A stretch of 64,000 bases of DNA from the human T2T-CHM13v2.0 reference genome, Homo sapiens. How positions within the stretch are numbered: the stretch's first letter is position 1; each line of letters begins with the position of its first letter. Positions 46,037 through 60,034 of the stretch are shown one piece after another. A program made the translations under genes and the position numbers. The notes beneath the pieces were generated by a model. The model was not told where the DNA came from, made no database searches, and saw nothing but the letters and a program-made list of their open reading frames with translations. The stretch is from NCBI RefSeq assembly GCF_009914755.1, contig NC_060947.1. One strand, given 5' to 3'.

Positions 46037-48321
46037 TGTATTAGTTCGTTTTAACACTGCTGATAAAGACATACCCAAGACTGGGTAATTTATAAAGAAA
46101 GAAAGGTTTAATGGTCTCACAGTTCCATGTAGCTGGGGAGGCCTCACAATCATGGTAGAAGGCGAAAGGCACTTCTTATGTGGTGGCGGCAAGAGAGAAT
46201 GAGAACCAAGCGAAAGGGGTTTCCCCTTATATAACCATCAGATCTCATGAGACTTGTTCACTATTACAGGAACAGTATGGGGGAACCACCCTCATGATTC
46301 AATTATCTCCCAAAGGGTCCTTCCCACAACACATGGGAATTAAGGGAGCTACAATTCAAGATGATATCTGGGTGGGGAAGCCAAACCATATCATTCTGCC
46401 CCTGCCCTCCACCCAAATCTCATGTCTACACATTTCAAAACAAATCATGCCTTCCCAACAGTCCCCCATAGTCTTAAATCATTTCGGCATTAACTCAAAA
46501 GTCCACAGTCCAAAGTCTCATCCCATACAAGTCAAGTCCCTTCTGCCGATAAGCCTGTAAAATCAGAAGCAGGTTAGTTACTTCCTAGATACAATGGGGA
46601 TACAGGCATTGGATAAATACACCCGTTCCTAATGGGAGAAATGAGCCAAGACGAAGGGGCTAAAGGCCCCATGCAAGTCTGAAATCAAGTAGGGCAGTCA
46701 AATCTTAAAGCTCCAGAATGATCTCCTTTGACTCTATGTCTCACAACCAGGTCACACTGATGTAAGAAGTGGGTTTTCATGGTCTTGGACAGCTCTACTC
46801 CTGTGGTTTTGCCTGGTACAGCCCACCCCCCGGCTGCTTTCACAGGCTGGTGTTGAGTGTCTGCAGCTTTTCCAGGCACACAGTGAAAGCTGTTGGTGGA
46901 TCTACCATTCTGGAGTCTGGAGGACAGTGGCCCTCTTCTCACAGCTTCACTAGGCAGTGCCCCACGGGGGACTCAGTGCGGGCTTGAACCCCACATTTTC
47001 CTTCCCCATTGCCCTAGCAGAAGTTTTCTGTGAGGGCCTTGCCCCTGCAGCAAATTTCTGCCTGGACATCCAGGAGTTTCCATATATCCTCGGAAATCTA
47101 GACGGAGGTTCCCAGACCTCAATTCTTGACTTCTGGGCACCTGCAGGCTTAATGCCATGTGGAAGCTGCCAAGGCTTTGGGCTGGCACGCTCTGAAGCCA
47201 CAGCCTGAGCTGTACCTTGGCCTTTTTTAGTCACAGCTAAAGCAGCTGGGTCACCAGGCATCAAGGCCCTAGGCTGCACACAGCAAGGGGGCCCTGGACC
47301 CAGCCCACGAAACCATTTTTTCCCCCTAGGACTCTGGGCCTGTGATGGGACTGGTTACTGCAAAGGTCTCTCACATGCCCTGGAGACATTTTCCCTATTG
47401 TCTTGGTGATTAACATTTGGCTCCTTGTTACTTATGCAAATTTATGCAGCCAGCTTGAATTTCTCCCCAGAAAATGGGTTTTTCTTTTCTATTGCATCAT
47501 CAGGCTGCAAATTTTCTGAATTTTTATGCTCTGTTTCCATTTTAAAACTGAATGCCCTTAACAGCGCACAAGTCACATCCTGAATGCTTTGCTACTTAGA
47601 AATTTATTCTGCCAGACACCCTAAATCATCTCCTGCAAGTTCAAAATTCCACAATCTCTAGGGCAGGGGCAAAATGCTGCCAGTCTCTTTGCTAAAACAT
47701 AGCAAGAGTCACCTTTGCTACAGTTTCCAACAAGTTCCTCATCTCTATCTGAGACCACCTCAGTCTGGATTTCGTTGTATATATCATTATCAGCATTTTG
47801 GTCAAAGCCATTCAACAAGTCTCTAGGAAGTTCCAAACTTTCCCACATTTTCCTGTCTTCTTCTGAGCCCTGGAAAATGTTCCAACTTCTGCGTGTTACC
47901 CAGTTCCAAATTTGCTTCCACATTTTTGGGTATCTTTACTGCAGCACCTCACTCTACTAATACCAGTTTGCTGTATTAGTCTGTTTTCATGCTACTGATA
48001 AAAATATACTCGAGACTGGGTAATTTGTAAAGAAAAGGAGGTTTAATGAACTCACAGTTCCACGTGGCTGAGGAGGCCTCACAGTCATAGTGGAAGGTAA
48101 AAGGCACTTCTTACATGGAAGTATGAGAACCAAGCAAAAGGGGTTTCCCCTTATAAATCCATCAGATCTTGTGAGACTTATTCACTATCACGAGAACAGT
48201 ATGTGGGAAACCATCCCCATGATTCAATTATCTCCTGCCGGGTCCCTCCCACAACATGTGGGAATTATGGGAGCTACAATTTAAGGTTAGATTTGGGTGG
48301 GCACAAAGCCAAACTATATCA
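46037..48321 (-). mobile_element. Full-length THE1 MaLR element (LTRs 46037-46393 and 47972-48321)
   Basis: Two direct LTRs (tgtattag...ccaaac(c/t)atatca), ~1.6-kb internal region, TSD ttgca/ctgca. Confidence 0.92.
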
Positions 48322-49977
48322 CTGCATACATTTCTAGTTTTTGGTGACTGAAGCATATACTTTTTTCCTGAGTGGTGGTATAAAGTCTGAGTTTTTCATT
48401 GCTCAACAAACCTTCTCTTCAGTACCTAGGATTCCTGGGGAAGTGTAGCTGCAAATGTCCACACAGGATGGGATTCTGACACATTTAAACTCACTGTTGT
48501 ACCATCACCTCTTTATATGTGGTATTATGTCATTCAGAAAGAACTTGCACAATATATATGGTTTTATTTTGACTCATTCTCACCATCAAAAAGGTTCTGC
48601 CCTCATTAACAATGTGAATACCCAAGTGCCCATGCAATATCTGCCCCCATGTTCCCAGTAGCCGAGAAAGTACACAGATCTGAGTTAATATCTAGACTCA
48701 GATGGACCTGATAAAAATTTGTCTGAGGATCGTAATCGTACATGCATTTTCCACAGCACAGCCCCTGACCCTTGGTAGATTTTGATATCTAGCTACAATG
48801 GTTTGTACTGGTGCCCCAATCTAATGACATATTATATAAAACTTGTTTCTTGCTTACTTCATGTTGTCCTCTTAAGCATTACCATGGACTTTTGGCCTTT
48901 CGTAGACCACTGATTCCAGGTGATCATAATCACCTTTTTAAAGTTCAAATTTTCACAGACTAGTGGGCACAATTTTAAGCTGGCTCCTTTGTCACAACTT
49001 CCAGACATCTTTGAAAGTCATCTTGCTTCCTCACAAGAACAGGAGGCTTCCAGCCCATTTTAAAGTATGCAACTTTCTAAGGATTCCAGTTTTGTTTTAG
49101 AAAAAAAAAAAGACCAAATTCAGTATGCTGGGAGTTGAAATTATTTCACGAGTGCTTAAGGTGGAACAGGGTAAAATGGAGGCTACTATCCACTTTCACA
49201 GTGGATCAAAAGTATTATTTTTTTCAAAAACACATCACAATTTCACATTGTTGCTGTTAAGTCATTGTTTCTTTTTTACCTGGTTTAATGTGAGTTTATT
49301 AATTCAATCTTTCATTTGCATTTTTGTGCTACCAGTTTTTCTCCTTTTCCATTGCCTTTATTTTACCATGTTATGTGTTATAAAACCATACCATGTATTC
49401 AAATTACAGTGTTGTTCTCCTCACTCACATTTAGCAACCTCCTTTTTTTTCTCATTTTTTTCTCTAATAGCTTATGTTTCTTAAAAGTGGTCACAATTTG
49501 GGTAGCTTTAGACCATCTCCGTTATGATCACTCAGACTCCAGCTATAGCCAAAGAAAAATCCGTATCTTCCTCTAGGGAATACAAAAACATAAATAGGTG
49601 AAAAAATCATACTTTATCTAAAAGTTCCCTTTGTTGATTTAGTTTGAAGTTAATTCACATTTTTTTAATTGCATGCAGGCAGCTTTAATGTTCAACGCCG
49701 ATTTCTTTTAAAAGTCTTTAGATAAATGCAGCTATTTATCATCTCATTGAGGTACCAGCTTATCTTTGCAAATGGCAATTTAAAATACTAGAAATATAGC
49801 CACATTCATGTCACAAATTGTCAGACATTAAAATTTTTATCCAGAAATTTCAAGTGGGATTATTTGTGTACATGAGTATAATTCACAGTATTATTTATCA
49901 TAAGCACCAACTCACAAAACCAGAAATTTAAGATAAGAAACTTCAATTTCAATTTTATGTTCATGTCACATTCATTA

Positions 49978-50340
49978 CTGTCTTGGTCCATTCAGACTGC
50001 TACAGCAAAATACCATATACTCGGTGGCTTATAAACAACAGAAACTTATTTCTCATGGTTCTGGAGACTGGGGAGTCCAAGATTAAGGCAGTTTCAGTGC
50101 CTGGTGAGGGCCCACTTTCTGGTTCATAGATGGCACCTTCTGGCTGTTTCCTCACATGGTATAAAAGTTAAGGCAGCTCTCTGAGGCCCCTTTTAGGAGA
50201 GCACTAATCCCACTCATTAGGGCTCTGTCCTGATATTCTAATCACCTTTCAAGAGGCCCTATCTCTGAATATCATCACAGTGGTGATTATGTTTCAACAT
50301 ATAAATTTTGTGGGGGACATAAACATTCAGAACATAGTAC
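49978..50340 (-). mobile_element. MLT1A-like solo LTR
   Basis: tgtcttggtccattcagactgcta...cattcagaacatagta. Confidence 0.8.
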
Positions 50341-50584
50341 TTACCCTCCTTTTATAATCCTTCCCCTCCTCTCACCAATCTGGGTATTGGTATATTTTAC
50401 AGGGTTTCTTATAAAAGCAAGGACAAAACAACCATTTAAAATTTTAGTGTAAAGATAAACTGTTTTTCATGGCTTAAGTTATTTCATCTCTATAAACCCT
50501 ATTTTGAGTTTCTGGGTAACTTAATGGTCACTGCAGAAAAGAAATACTGTGCACTTTCTTCCAGATTACTTGGTTGCTAGAACC

Positions 50585-52100
50585 TGTATTACCTCCCTAT
50601 TTCAGTATAACAAACCACTTGAAATTTCATGGCTTAAATTAATAACCCTTTATTTTTGCTCATGAGTCTATGAGTCATCTTTTTCTCATCTTGGCTAGAC
50701 TATGTGTCAGCAGTCAGCTGTGGGTAAGGTAGGAAGGAAGCTCTGTTGATCTTGGTTGGGTTGTCTTACATATTTGGGAATGTGCTGGAATAGCCAGGCT
50801 CCCATCCACATGGTTTTTCTTCCTCCAGCAGGCTAGTGCAGACTTGTTTTCATGGCATGGCAGAGTTTCAAGAGGGAAAGCAGAAGCGTACAATGCCTCT
50901 TGAGGCCTGTAGATGGAAATGGCATGCCATCACTTCTGCCACTTTCGGTTGACCAAAGCAAGCTACAATGCCATCCCAGATTCAAGGCGTGGGGAAGTAA
51001 ACTCCACCCTTTATTCTGGAGAACTGCAAAGTCACTTTGCAACAGGTGTGAATATAGGGAGTCTATTAATAATGACCATCACCGCAGTTAATCTACCACA
51101 GTTTACCTTCTGCCCCCAATTAACCTCATCAACTCACATGCAAAATACACACTCCCCTATGAAGAAGTTCATCTGCCCTTCACACACTGGACATACAATG
51201 GTGTGGCAGACATGAGGCAGCCACAGTAAATTCTCTCATACCAAAAGAAGAATGAAAGGCACATAACAGTCACTGATCTATAACAACTATAAAATTTCAG
51301 AAGAATGCCAAGGGACAAGGTATGTCCTTGATTACAGTCTGGTTCTAATCACTGTAAGAGGCACCACGGTTTATCGTTCTCCATGGATCTTGACTCTGCC
51401 CTCTAACAATATCTCAGATATTCTTTCTCTTCTTCTATTCTGGGCCATTGGCAAAGAATATGTTGGAAGATATGCTCTTTGACCAACTTTCTTAGTGTGC
51501 TTTCTGTTCATAGAAATTTGGAGCCCAAGAATCCATTTGCATTCTGAATTATTTAGTCTCTTTTAGTCTAGATTGGCAGCACTTTTACCAGCACAGACCC
51601 TCAAAATTTTGTGGGTTTTCTATGAATCTGAATCTACTTCACTGGACAAAAGCCATACCTAAAAATCTTTTAGAGACCAGCATTATCTCCACATGTAATC
51701 CCATCTACTTTGAGCATATCAGTCTGCTGTGGGCCAATACCAGACACCACTTAAATTCTTTCAGAGATATTATCAAAGTGTCTTACAGTTATAACTTTGA
51801 TTATATCTTTATAAAGAGATCATGTCTTTTTGGCAATGCCTTTAATTTGATGTTTTACTGGATTGAGGGGTTGGAGAAAAAAAACAGTTTATGTTTCAAC
51901 TTAGTAAGTTCTGGCTCTTCTGTGCTCCCTCTAAATTCAGCTTACAAACTGTCCAGGTCTTTCTTTACCTCATGTTGTTCTTGCTGTACCTTGTCACACA
52001 CAGCTATGGGTAACCAAGTGATATTTTCAATGTTCTGTGTGGAGATTTCCTCAGCCTCAGTTTCAATTTGCCTTAGATTAGGGTTTCAGTTGCCTTTGCC
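50585..52100 (-). mobile_element. Old MLT1 LTR plus adjoining internal remnant
   Basis: tgtattacc...taacaaaccac...ttaatctaccaca followed by MaLR-internal-like sequence. Confidence 0.55.
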
Positions 52101-52854
52101 TTTCTAGGCCTTGATTTTCTGTGAAGTTTCTCATGTTAGTCTATAATTTCTCCTTCCTCACTGCTCTCCTCTTCAATGTACACATAACTTTAAACCTGAG
52201 AAGTAGACTTGGGATGCTATTCACATGATATTAGTTGACTTCCTCTCCTATCTTTGATTGCCTTTTTCACAATAGGCTTTGTCTAAAAGCCAGTTTGTAA
52301 TACCTTTTGGGAAATTTCCCCAAACCTGAAAACATTTTACTCTTTTCCTTTCATGATCTCTTAACATTCATTTTTATAAAAAGAAAGGCAGAATGCTTTT
52401 CACCATGCTACTGCCACCTACCCACCCGTGCACTTGGCTTAGTAGCCACAGAAGCCAAGGTTTCAAGTGAACATTTTAACATGACATTGAAGGCAAAGGG
52501 GAAAAATTCTCCCTAAGATTTCTAGCCATGAAATGAACGTCTGGGAAAAATTGTTTTTTTTTTTTCCTCTGGGTGTCTTGTCTTTTTTATCTCAACCAGG
52601 TACTGACCAGCACAATCACCTTTATTCTTAAACAAATAAAGTCTGAAACACAGTAGTTGGTTGTTTAATGCTTTAGTTGAATTATCTCAATATCATTTGA
52701 ACTTGGTACTGTTATTTTTCCATTTAGAAACTACCTTCTGTAGAAAACTTTTTCTGAAATATTTTTCTGTGAATTAAAAAAGAAAACAAAATTTGTTTTT
52801 AACATACTTGCACAAATCGCAGTACGCCAGGGCCATAGTTCTCTTTCAGATTTT

Positions 52855-53150
52855 TTCCTTTTATTTTTAGTTGACATGTAATAATTGTATATGTATATGG
52901 GATACAGAATGATATTTTGAGATATATATATACAATGTGCAATAATCAAATCAGAGTAATATATCCATCACCTCAAAAATTCATTATTTCTTTGTGTTGA
53001 GAATGTTCAAGAATCTTCTCTTTTAGGTTTTTGAAAATATACAATAAATTATTGTTAACCATAGTCACCCTACAGTGCTATAGAACACCAGAACCTAGTC
53101 TTCCTATCCAGCTATAAGTTTTTATCTGTTAACTACCCTCTCCCCTCACC
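52855..53150 (-). mobile_element. L1MA 3'UTR fragment
   Basis: ttgacatgtaataattgtat...accatagtcaccctacagtgctatagaacacc. Confidence 0.8.
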
Positions 53151-53231
53151 TTCAGATTGTCTTTGTAAAAATCAATTACCTTTTATATGTTAAAGCATCG
53201 TATTTGCAGTTTTTAAAAATATAGTCTTTAA

Positions 53232-53543
<312 letters not shown>

Positions 53544-53775
53544 TTTTTTCCTTTCAATTAAAGCATTTATTGGCTCTTCTCTCATTCTGTCTCTCCTCTA
53601 AATCCTCCACCTTCTTTAATTATCTTTTGGATCCAACTGATTCCAGTTAAGGAAAGAGTTGATGAATTCTACTATTTTATAGTCCCTCTCCCCAAGGAAA
53701 ATTCCACAGTAATCTAGCAGTCTCTTGACTTAGGCTATTGAGTTTTCACACAGTTAACCTCCTATCACAATTTTT

Positions 53776-54253
53776 TTTAACAATTTATTTATTTATTTAT
53801 TTTATTATACTTTAGGTTCTAGGGTACATGTGCACAACGTGCAGGTTTGTTACATATGTATACATGTGCCGTGTTGGCTTGCTGCACCCATTAACTCGTC
53901 ATTTACATTAGGTATTTCTCATAATGCTATCCCTCCCCTAGCCCCCCACACCCCAACAGGCCCCAGTGTGTGATGTTCCCCGCCCTATGTCCAAGTGTTC
54001 TCACTGTTCAATTCCCACCTATGAGTGAGAACATGTGGTGTTTGGTTTTCTGTCCTTGCGATAGTTTGCTCAGAATGATGGTTTCCAGCTTCATCCATGT
54101 CCCTACAAAGGACATGAACTCATCCTTTTTTATGGCTGCATAGTATTCCATGGTGTTTATGTGCCACATTTTCTTAATCCAGTCTATCCTTGATGGACAT
54201 TTGGGTTGGTTCCAAGTCTTTGCTATTGTGAATAGTGCCGCAATAAACATGTT
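53776..54253 (-). mobile_element. 5'-truncated L1PA with 16-bp TSD
   Basis: ORF2 end (MFIAALFTIAKTWNQPKCPS); TSD tcctatcacaattttt at 53760-53775 and 54254-54269. Confidence 0.93.
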
Positions 54254-54855
54254 TCCTATCACAATTTTTAATTTTATTATTTCTTTCATTTCCTTGCCAA
54301 CCGTTTTTATCTCAACCAGCTACCAACCAGCAGTTACGTTATTCCTAAAAAAAAAAAAAAATCATGTCTGAAACACGGTAGTTGGTTGTTTGATGCTGTG
54401 GTCGAATTGTCTCAAGATCATTTCAGTTTGCCATTGTTCCCAATTTCTTCCCAAATCTTATGGTGGTTGTGGTGTGTTTATTTAGGCTAGTCCCACTTCT
54501 AATATTAACTACAGTATTTCAGAGAGTTATGAAGTGGTGGAAAGAGAGACCACATAGAAAATCACTCATGCACACCCACACAGGTACACATGCACCTGGT
54601 AGGATTTGATATTGCCCTGATTGGTTTATGTAAGAATTCAGAATAATATTGGAAGCAAGGTAAATATCAAAACTGGGGACATATGCAGCCAATATCCTAC
54701 CAGCTTCCATTGGCGCCCAGAGTCCCTTTCAGGGGTACAGTTGCCATTGACATTGTTCATACAGAAAAGAATCATGACAGACATGAGAAGCTCAAGTGTT
54801 CCTGAATTGTCTTCCTATCATTCAGAAGAATTATGTCACTATTCAGGAACAGTAT

Positions 54856-55262
54856 TGTTACAGACTGAATTGTGTCCCCTCAAAATTTGTAAAGACCTAA
54901 ACCCGCAGTACCTCCGAATGTGGTTGTATTTGGAGACAGGACCTTTAAAGAGGCAATTAAGTTAAAATGAGGCCATTAGAGTGAGCTCTAACCCAATCTG
55001 ACTGGTGTCTTCAAAAGAACAAATTAGGATATACGGAGAGACACCAGGGATGTACACATACACACAGATGAAAGTCCATGTGAAAACACAGCTAAAAGGA
55101 GGTCATCTGCAAACCAAGGAGAGAGGCCTCAGAAGAAACCAAACTTGCTGACAGGAGGCTCAGACTTGTAGCCTCCAGAATTGTGAGAAAATACATTTCT
55201 GTTATTTAAGCTACCCAGTCTACTGAAGTTTGTTATGACAGCCCAAGCAAACAAACACAAGT
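54856..55262 (+). mobile_element. MLT1B-like solo LTR
   Basis: tgttacagactgaattgtgtcccctcaaaatt...tttgttatgacagccc. Confidence 0.8.
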
Positions 55263-56395
55263 ATACAAAATTAATCAATGAGCTTTCATTGAAGAGACTA
55301 TTTTCAAATAAAATCCCCACGTTACTGGAAATTGTCTCTGCCCCTATGTGATAGCTTTCTGGTATATCCAAAATTTGTTTTCTTTCAGAATGGTATTTTG
55401 GACTCAAAATCCTTCGATTTCATAATTCCATAAACACTATCCCAATGTCTATTAGCAGTCCCCATTGTGAGTGGAGAATTCAATACCAGGTAATAGTTCT
55501 AACCTTTTATTCCGCTCTTTGATTTCTTACATGATTTTCTCTTTATAATTTACAAAGCATGGGCATCTGTTAACTTTTGTTGTATAAGAAACCATATGAA
55601 AACTTTGTGGCTTAATAAAGGAGTAACAGAAGATGCGCTTCCCTGCCTGAAGACTATTACTGTGAAAAAAATGCTGAAAAAGTGACTCACTATGATATAT
55701 TGCTGCAAGGCCAAAATTATTCCCCTTTGACTATTCACACCCTTTTGCAATGTGACTGAAGTCCCTCTTAGTGAAAGTGAAATTTATATCCCCACCACTT
55801 GAATCTGAATTGCCCTTATGACTTGCTTTGGCTAATAAAATGTGGTGGAAGTGACATCATGCTAGTTCCAAGCTATGTCTTGAGAGACCTTGCAAGCCCA
55901 GCCCAGTCTGCTGGTGGGTGAAAAGTCAAGTGGAGCAGACATGAGCCATTATATCTGAGGCCTTCCTAGCACCCAGCTGACCTACCAGGTGATCACAGGC
56001 ACATGAGCGATCCCAGCTAAGATCAATACATTTACCCAGCTGAGCTCAAAGCAAATTGCCAACCCACAGACTTGAAGGAGCTAAAGGAAGTAATTCTGTG
56101 GATAGGCAATGGAAGAGAAGAGTATTCCAGGCAAAGGCCTTAAGTTGAGAACATGTCTGCCATTCCTGAAGAATAGCAAGGAGGACAGTTTGGCTGGAGG
56201 TAAGTAAGTGATAAAGGGAGAGGCAGGGGATATATCAGCAGGAAGAAAATGGTAGATTGTAAAAATGGCCATGCATTTTTCCCATTTCTGCATGTTTGCC
56301 CCTGCAATATGATATTGCAGATACTCCCATCAAGAAGCAGACTCCTCCATTTCCTTTTCTTTATCCATTTTTCCTTTTCTTTCTTTCTTTACCCA

Positions 56396-58820
56396 TGTAT
56401 TATTAGTCCATTCTCACACTGCTAATAAAGACATACCTGAGACTGGGTAATTTATAAAGAAAAGACGTTGAGTTGACTCACAGTTTCAAAGGACTGTGGA
56501 GGCCTCAGGAAACCTACAATCATGGTGGAAGGGGAAGCAAACACGTCCCATCTTCACATGATGGCAGGAAGGAGAAGTGCTAAGCAAAAGGGGAAAAAGC
56601 CCCTTATAAAGCCATCAAATCTCATGAGAACTCACTATCAGGAGAACAAAATGAGGGTAACCACCCACATAATTAAATTACCTCCCACTGGGTCCCTCCA
56701 ATGACATGTGGGGATTATGGGAACTACAACTCAAGGTGAGATTTGAGCAGGGACACAGAGCTAAACCATATCATTCTGCCACCAGCCCTTCCCAAGTCTC
56801 ATGTCCTCACATTTCAAAACACAATCATGCCCTTCCAACAGTCCCACAAAGTCTTAATTCATTTCAGCATTAACTCAAATGACCAAGTCCAAAGTGTCAT
56901 CTGAGACAAGGCAAGTCCCTTCCACCTAGGAGCCTGTAAAATCAAATGCAAGTTAGTTACTTCCTAGGTACAATGGTGGTATAGACACTGGGTAAATACA
57001 CCTATTCCAAATGGGAGAAATTGGTCAAAACAAAGGGGCTACAGGCCCCATGCAAGTCCGAAATCCATTAGGGCAGTCATTAAGTTTTAAAGTTCCAAAA
57101 TGATCTCCTTTGACTCCATGTCCTACATCCAGGGCATGTTGATGCAAGAGGTGGGCTTCCAAGGCCTCAGAAAGCTCTGCCCATGTGGCTTTGCAGGGTA
57201 CAGCTCCCCTCCTGGCTGTTTTCACAAGCTGGCATTGAGTGTCTGCAGCTTTTCCAGGCACATGGTGCAAGCTATCAGTCGTTCTACCATTCTAGGGTCT
57301 GGAGGACAGTGGCCCTTTTCTCACAGCTCCACCAGGAAGTACCCCAGTGGGGACTCTGTGTGGGGGCTGTGACCCCACATTTTCCTACTGCACTGACCTA
57401 GCAGAGGTTCTCCATGAGGGCTCTACCCCTGCAGAAAACTTCTGCCTGGATATACAAGAATTTTCACACATCCTCTGAAATCTAGGCAGAGGATCCTAAA
57501 CCTCAATTCTTGACTTCTATGCACCCACAGGTTCAACACCATGTGTAACCTGCCAAGGCTTGGGGCTTGCACCCTCTGAAGTAATGACCTGAGCTGTACG
57601 TTGACCCCTTTTAGCAATAGCTGGAACACAGGGCACCAAGTCTTGAGACTGCATAAAGCTGCAAGGCCCTGGGCTCAGCCCATGAAACCATTTTTTCCTT
57701 TTAGGCCTCTCGACCTGTGATGGGAGGGGATGATGCTATGAAGATCTCTGACATGCCCTGGAGACATTTTTCCCATTGTCTTGGTGATTAACATTTGACT
57801 CCTCATTACTTTTGCAAATTTCTGTAGCCAGCTTGAATTTCTCTTCAGAAAATGGATTTTTCTTTTCTATTGCATCATCAGACTGCAAATTTTTCACACT
57901 TTTATGCTTTGCTTCCCATTTAAACATAAGTTCCAATTCCAAATCATATCTTTGTGAATACATAAAACTGAATGCTTTTAACAGCACCCAAGTCACATCT
58001 TGAATGCTTTGGTGTTTGGAAATTTCTTCCATCAGATACCCTAAATTATTTCTCTCAAGGTCAAAGTTCCACAGATCTCTAGGGCAGGGGCAAAATGCTG
58101 TCAGTCTCCTTGCTAAAGCATAACAAGAGTCAGCTTTGCTCCAGTTCCCAAAAAGCTCCTCATCTCCATCTGAGACCAACTCAACCTGGACTTCATTGTC
58201 CATATCACTATCAGCATTTTGGTCAAAGCCATCCAACAAGTCTCTAGGAAGTTCCAAGCTTTGTTATATCTTCCTGTTTTCTAAGCCCTCCAAGTCTATA
58301 GGAAGTTTCAAAATTTCCCACATTTTCCTGTCTTTTTCTGAGCCCTCCAAGCTGTTCCAACCTCTGTCTGTTACTCAGTTACATAGTCGCTTCCACAGTT
58401 TTGGGTATCCTTATAACAGCATTCCATTATACTGATTTCAATTCACTGTATTAGTCCATTCTCAGGCTTCTAATAAAGACATACCCAAGACTGGGTAATT
58501 TATAAAGAAAAGAGGTTGAATAGACTCACAGTTCCACAGGGCAGGGGTGGCCTCAGGAAACTTAAAATCATGGCAGAAGGGGAAGCAAGGATGTCCTTTT
58601 TCATATAGTGGCAGGAAGGAGATGTGCCGAGCAAAAGTGGGAAAAGCCTCTTATAAAACCAGCAGATCTTGTGAGAACTCACTATCAGGAGAACAGCATG
58701 AGGGTAACCACCCCCACGATTAAATTACCTCCTACTGGGTTCCTCCCACAACACGTGGAGATTATGGGAACTACAATTCAAGGTGAGATTTGAGAGGGGA
58801 CACAGAGCCAAACCATACCA
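56396..58820 (-). mobile_element. Full-length THE1D/MST-type MaLR element (LTRs 56396-56773 and 58447-58820)
   Basis: Two direct LTRs, internal region, perfect TSD accca at 56391-56395 and 58821-58825. Confidence 0.92.
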
Positions 58821-59492
58821 ACCCATTGTCTTTTTTTTTTCTTTATCATTTAGAATTCCTGTAAGACAGACATTGACTCACTTATCTTTCAGTTGTCCTC
58901 TTCTGAATTGTTCATGTTAATCATCAATGACCACAACATAAGTACTACTCCTGTTGTTTCTCACTCTGGATCACATATTAATAATATCAAATTGTCTATT
59001 TAAGAAACAATTCAATAGAAAATCAGTCCTTGTAATTTGGTGTACTGTAATTTGTAGTATCTGACCTTGTGATTTTTAAAAAAGAGGCTCCTGTTTAAGC
59101 ACTGCTTGATTTCTGACTCTTTGGCATCTTAATGCTTGTAGCAGGGCTTTCCTGATTAGCAATCATAGAGGCCTCTTGCTGAACCTCAGATACAGCTGCA
59201 TTGCAGCATATTTTTAGGAATGTTTCCCTCCTGACTCTCAAAGTAAATCTCATGGATCTTACATAGTTTATATTTTGGGTTACACTATTCTAAATATACT
59301 TTACAAATTTGGTAAAAATGCATCCAGTCATTGTCATATGATACTGATATGTATTGGTAAACAATTCAACACAGTATTATTTATAATTTTTAAAAATTGA
59401 AAACCTAATAAAAACCTTTTGGCATATTATATAGTACATATTCTGACATTTGTGTAGTGGAAGGATACAACATTATACCATATGAATTTTCC

Positions 59493-59810
<318 letters not shown>

Positions 59811-60034
59811 TGAATTTTCTAACCACGTGTGTGACATTTTTAAAATGCAACTCAGGTTAACTGTTAGTGGCATTATGAGGATCTTTTGTTCCCTCCCTTT
59901 TACATATTTAATTGAAATAAAACAAACGAAACATTATTTAAAAAGCAAATTATGCATTATTAGCTCAATATAGAAAAAATGGAAGAAAATATGCCAAAAT
60001 GTTATTGGTGATTATTTCTGGATTATGGATGGTT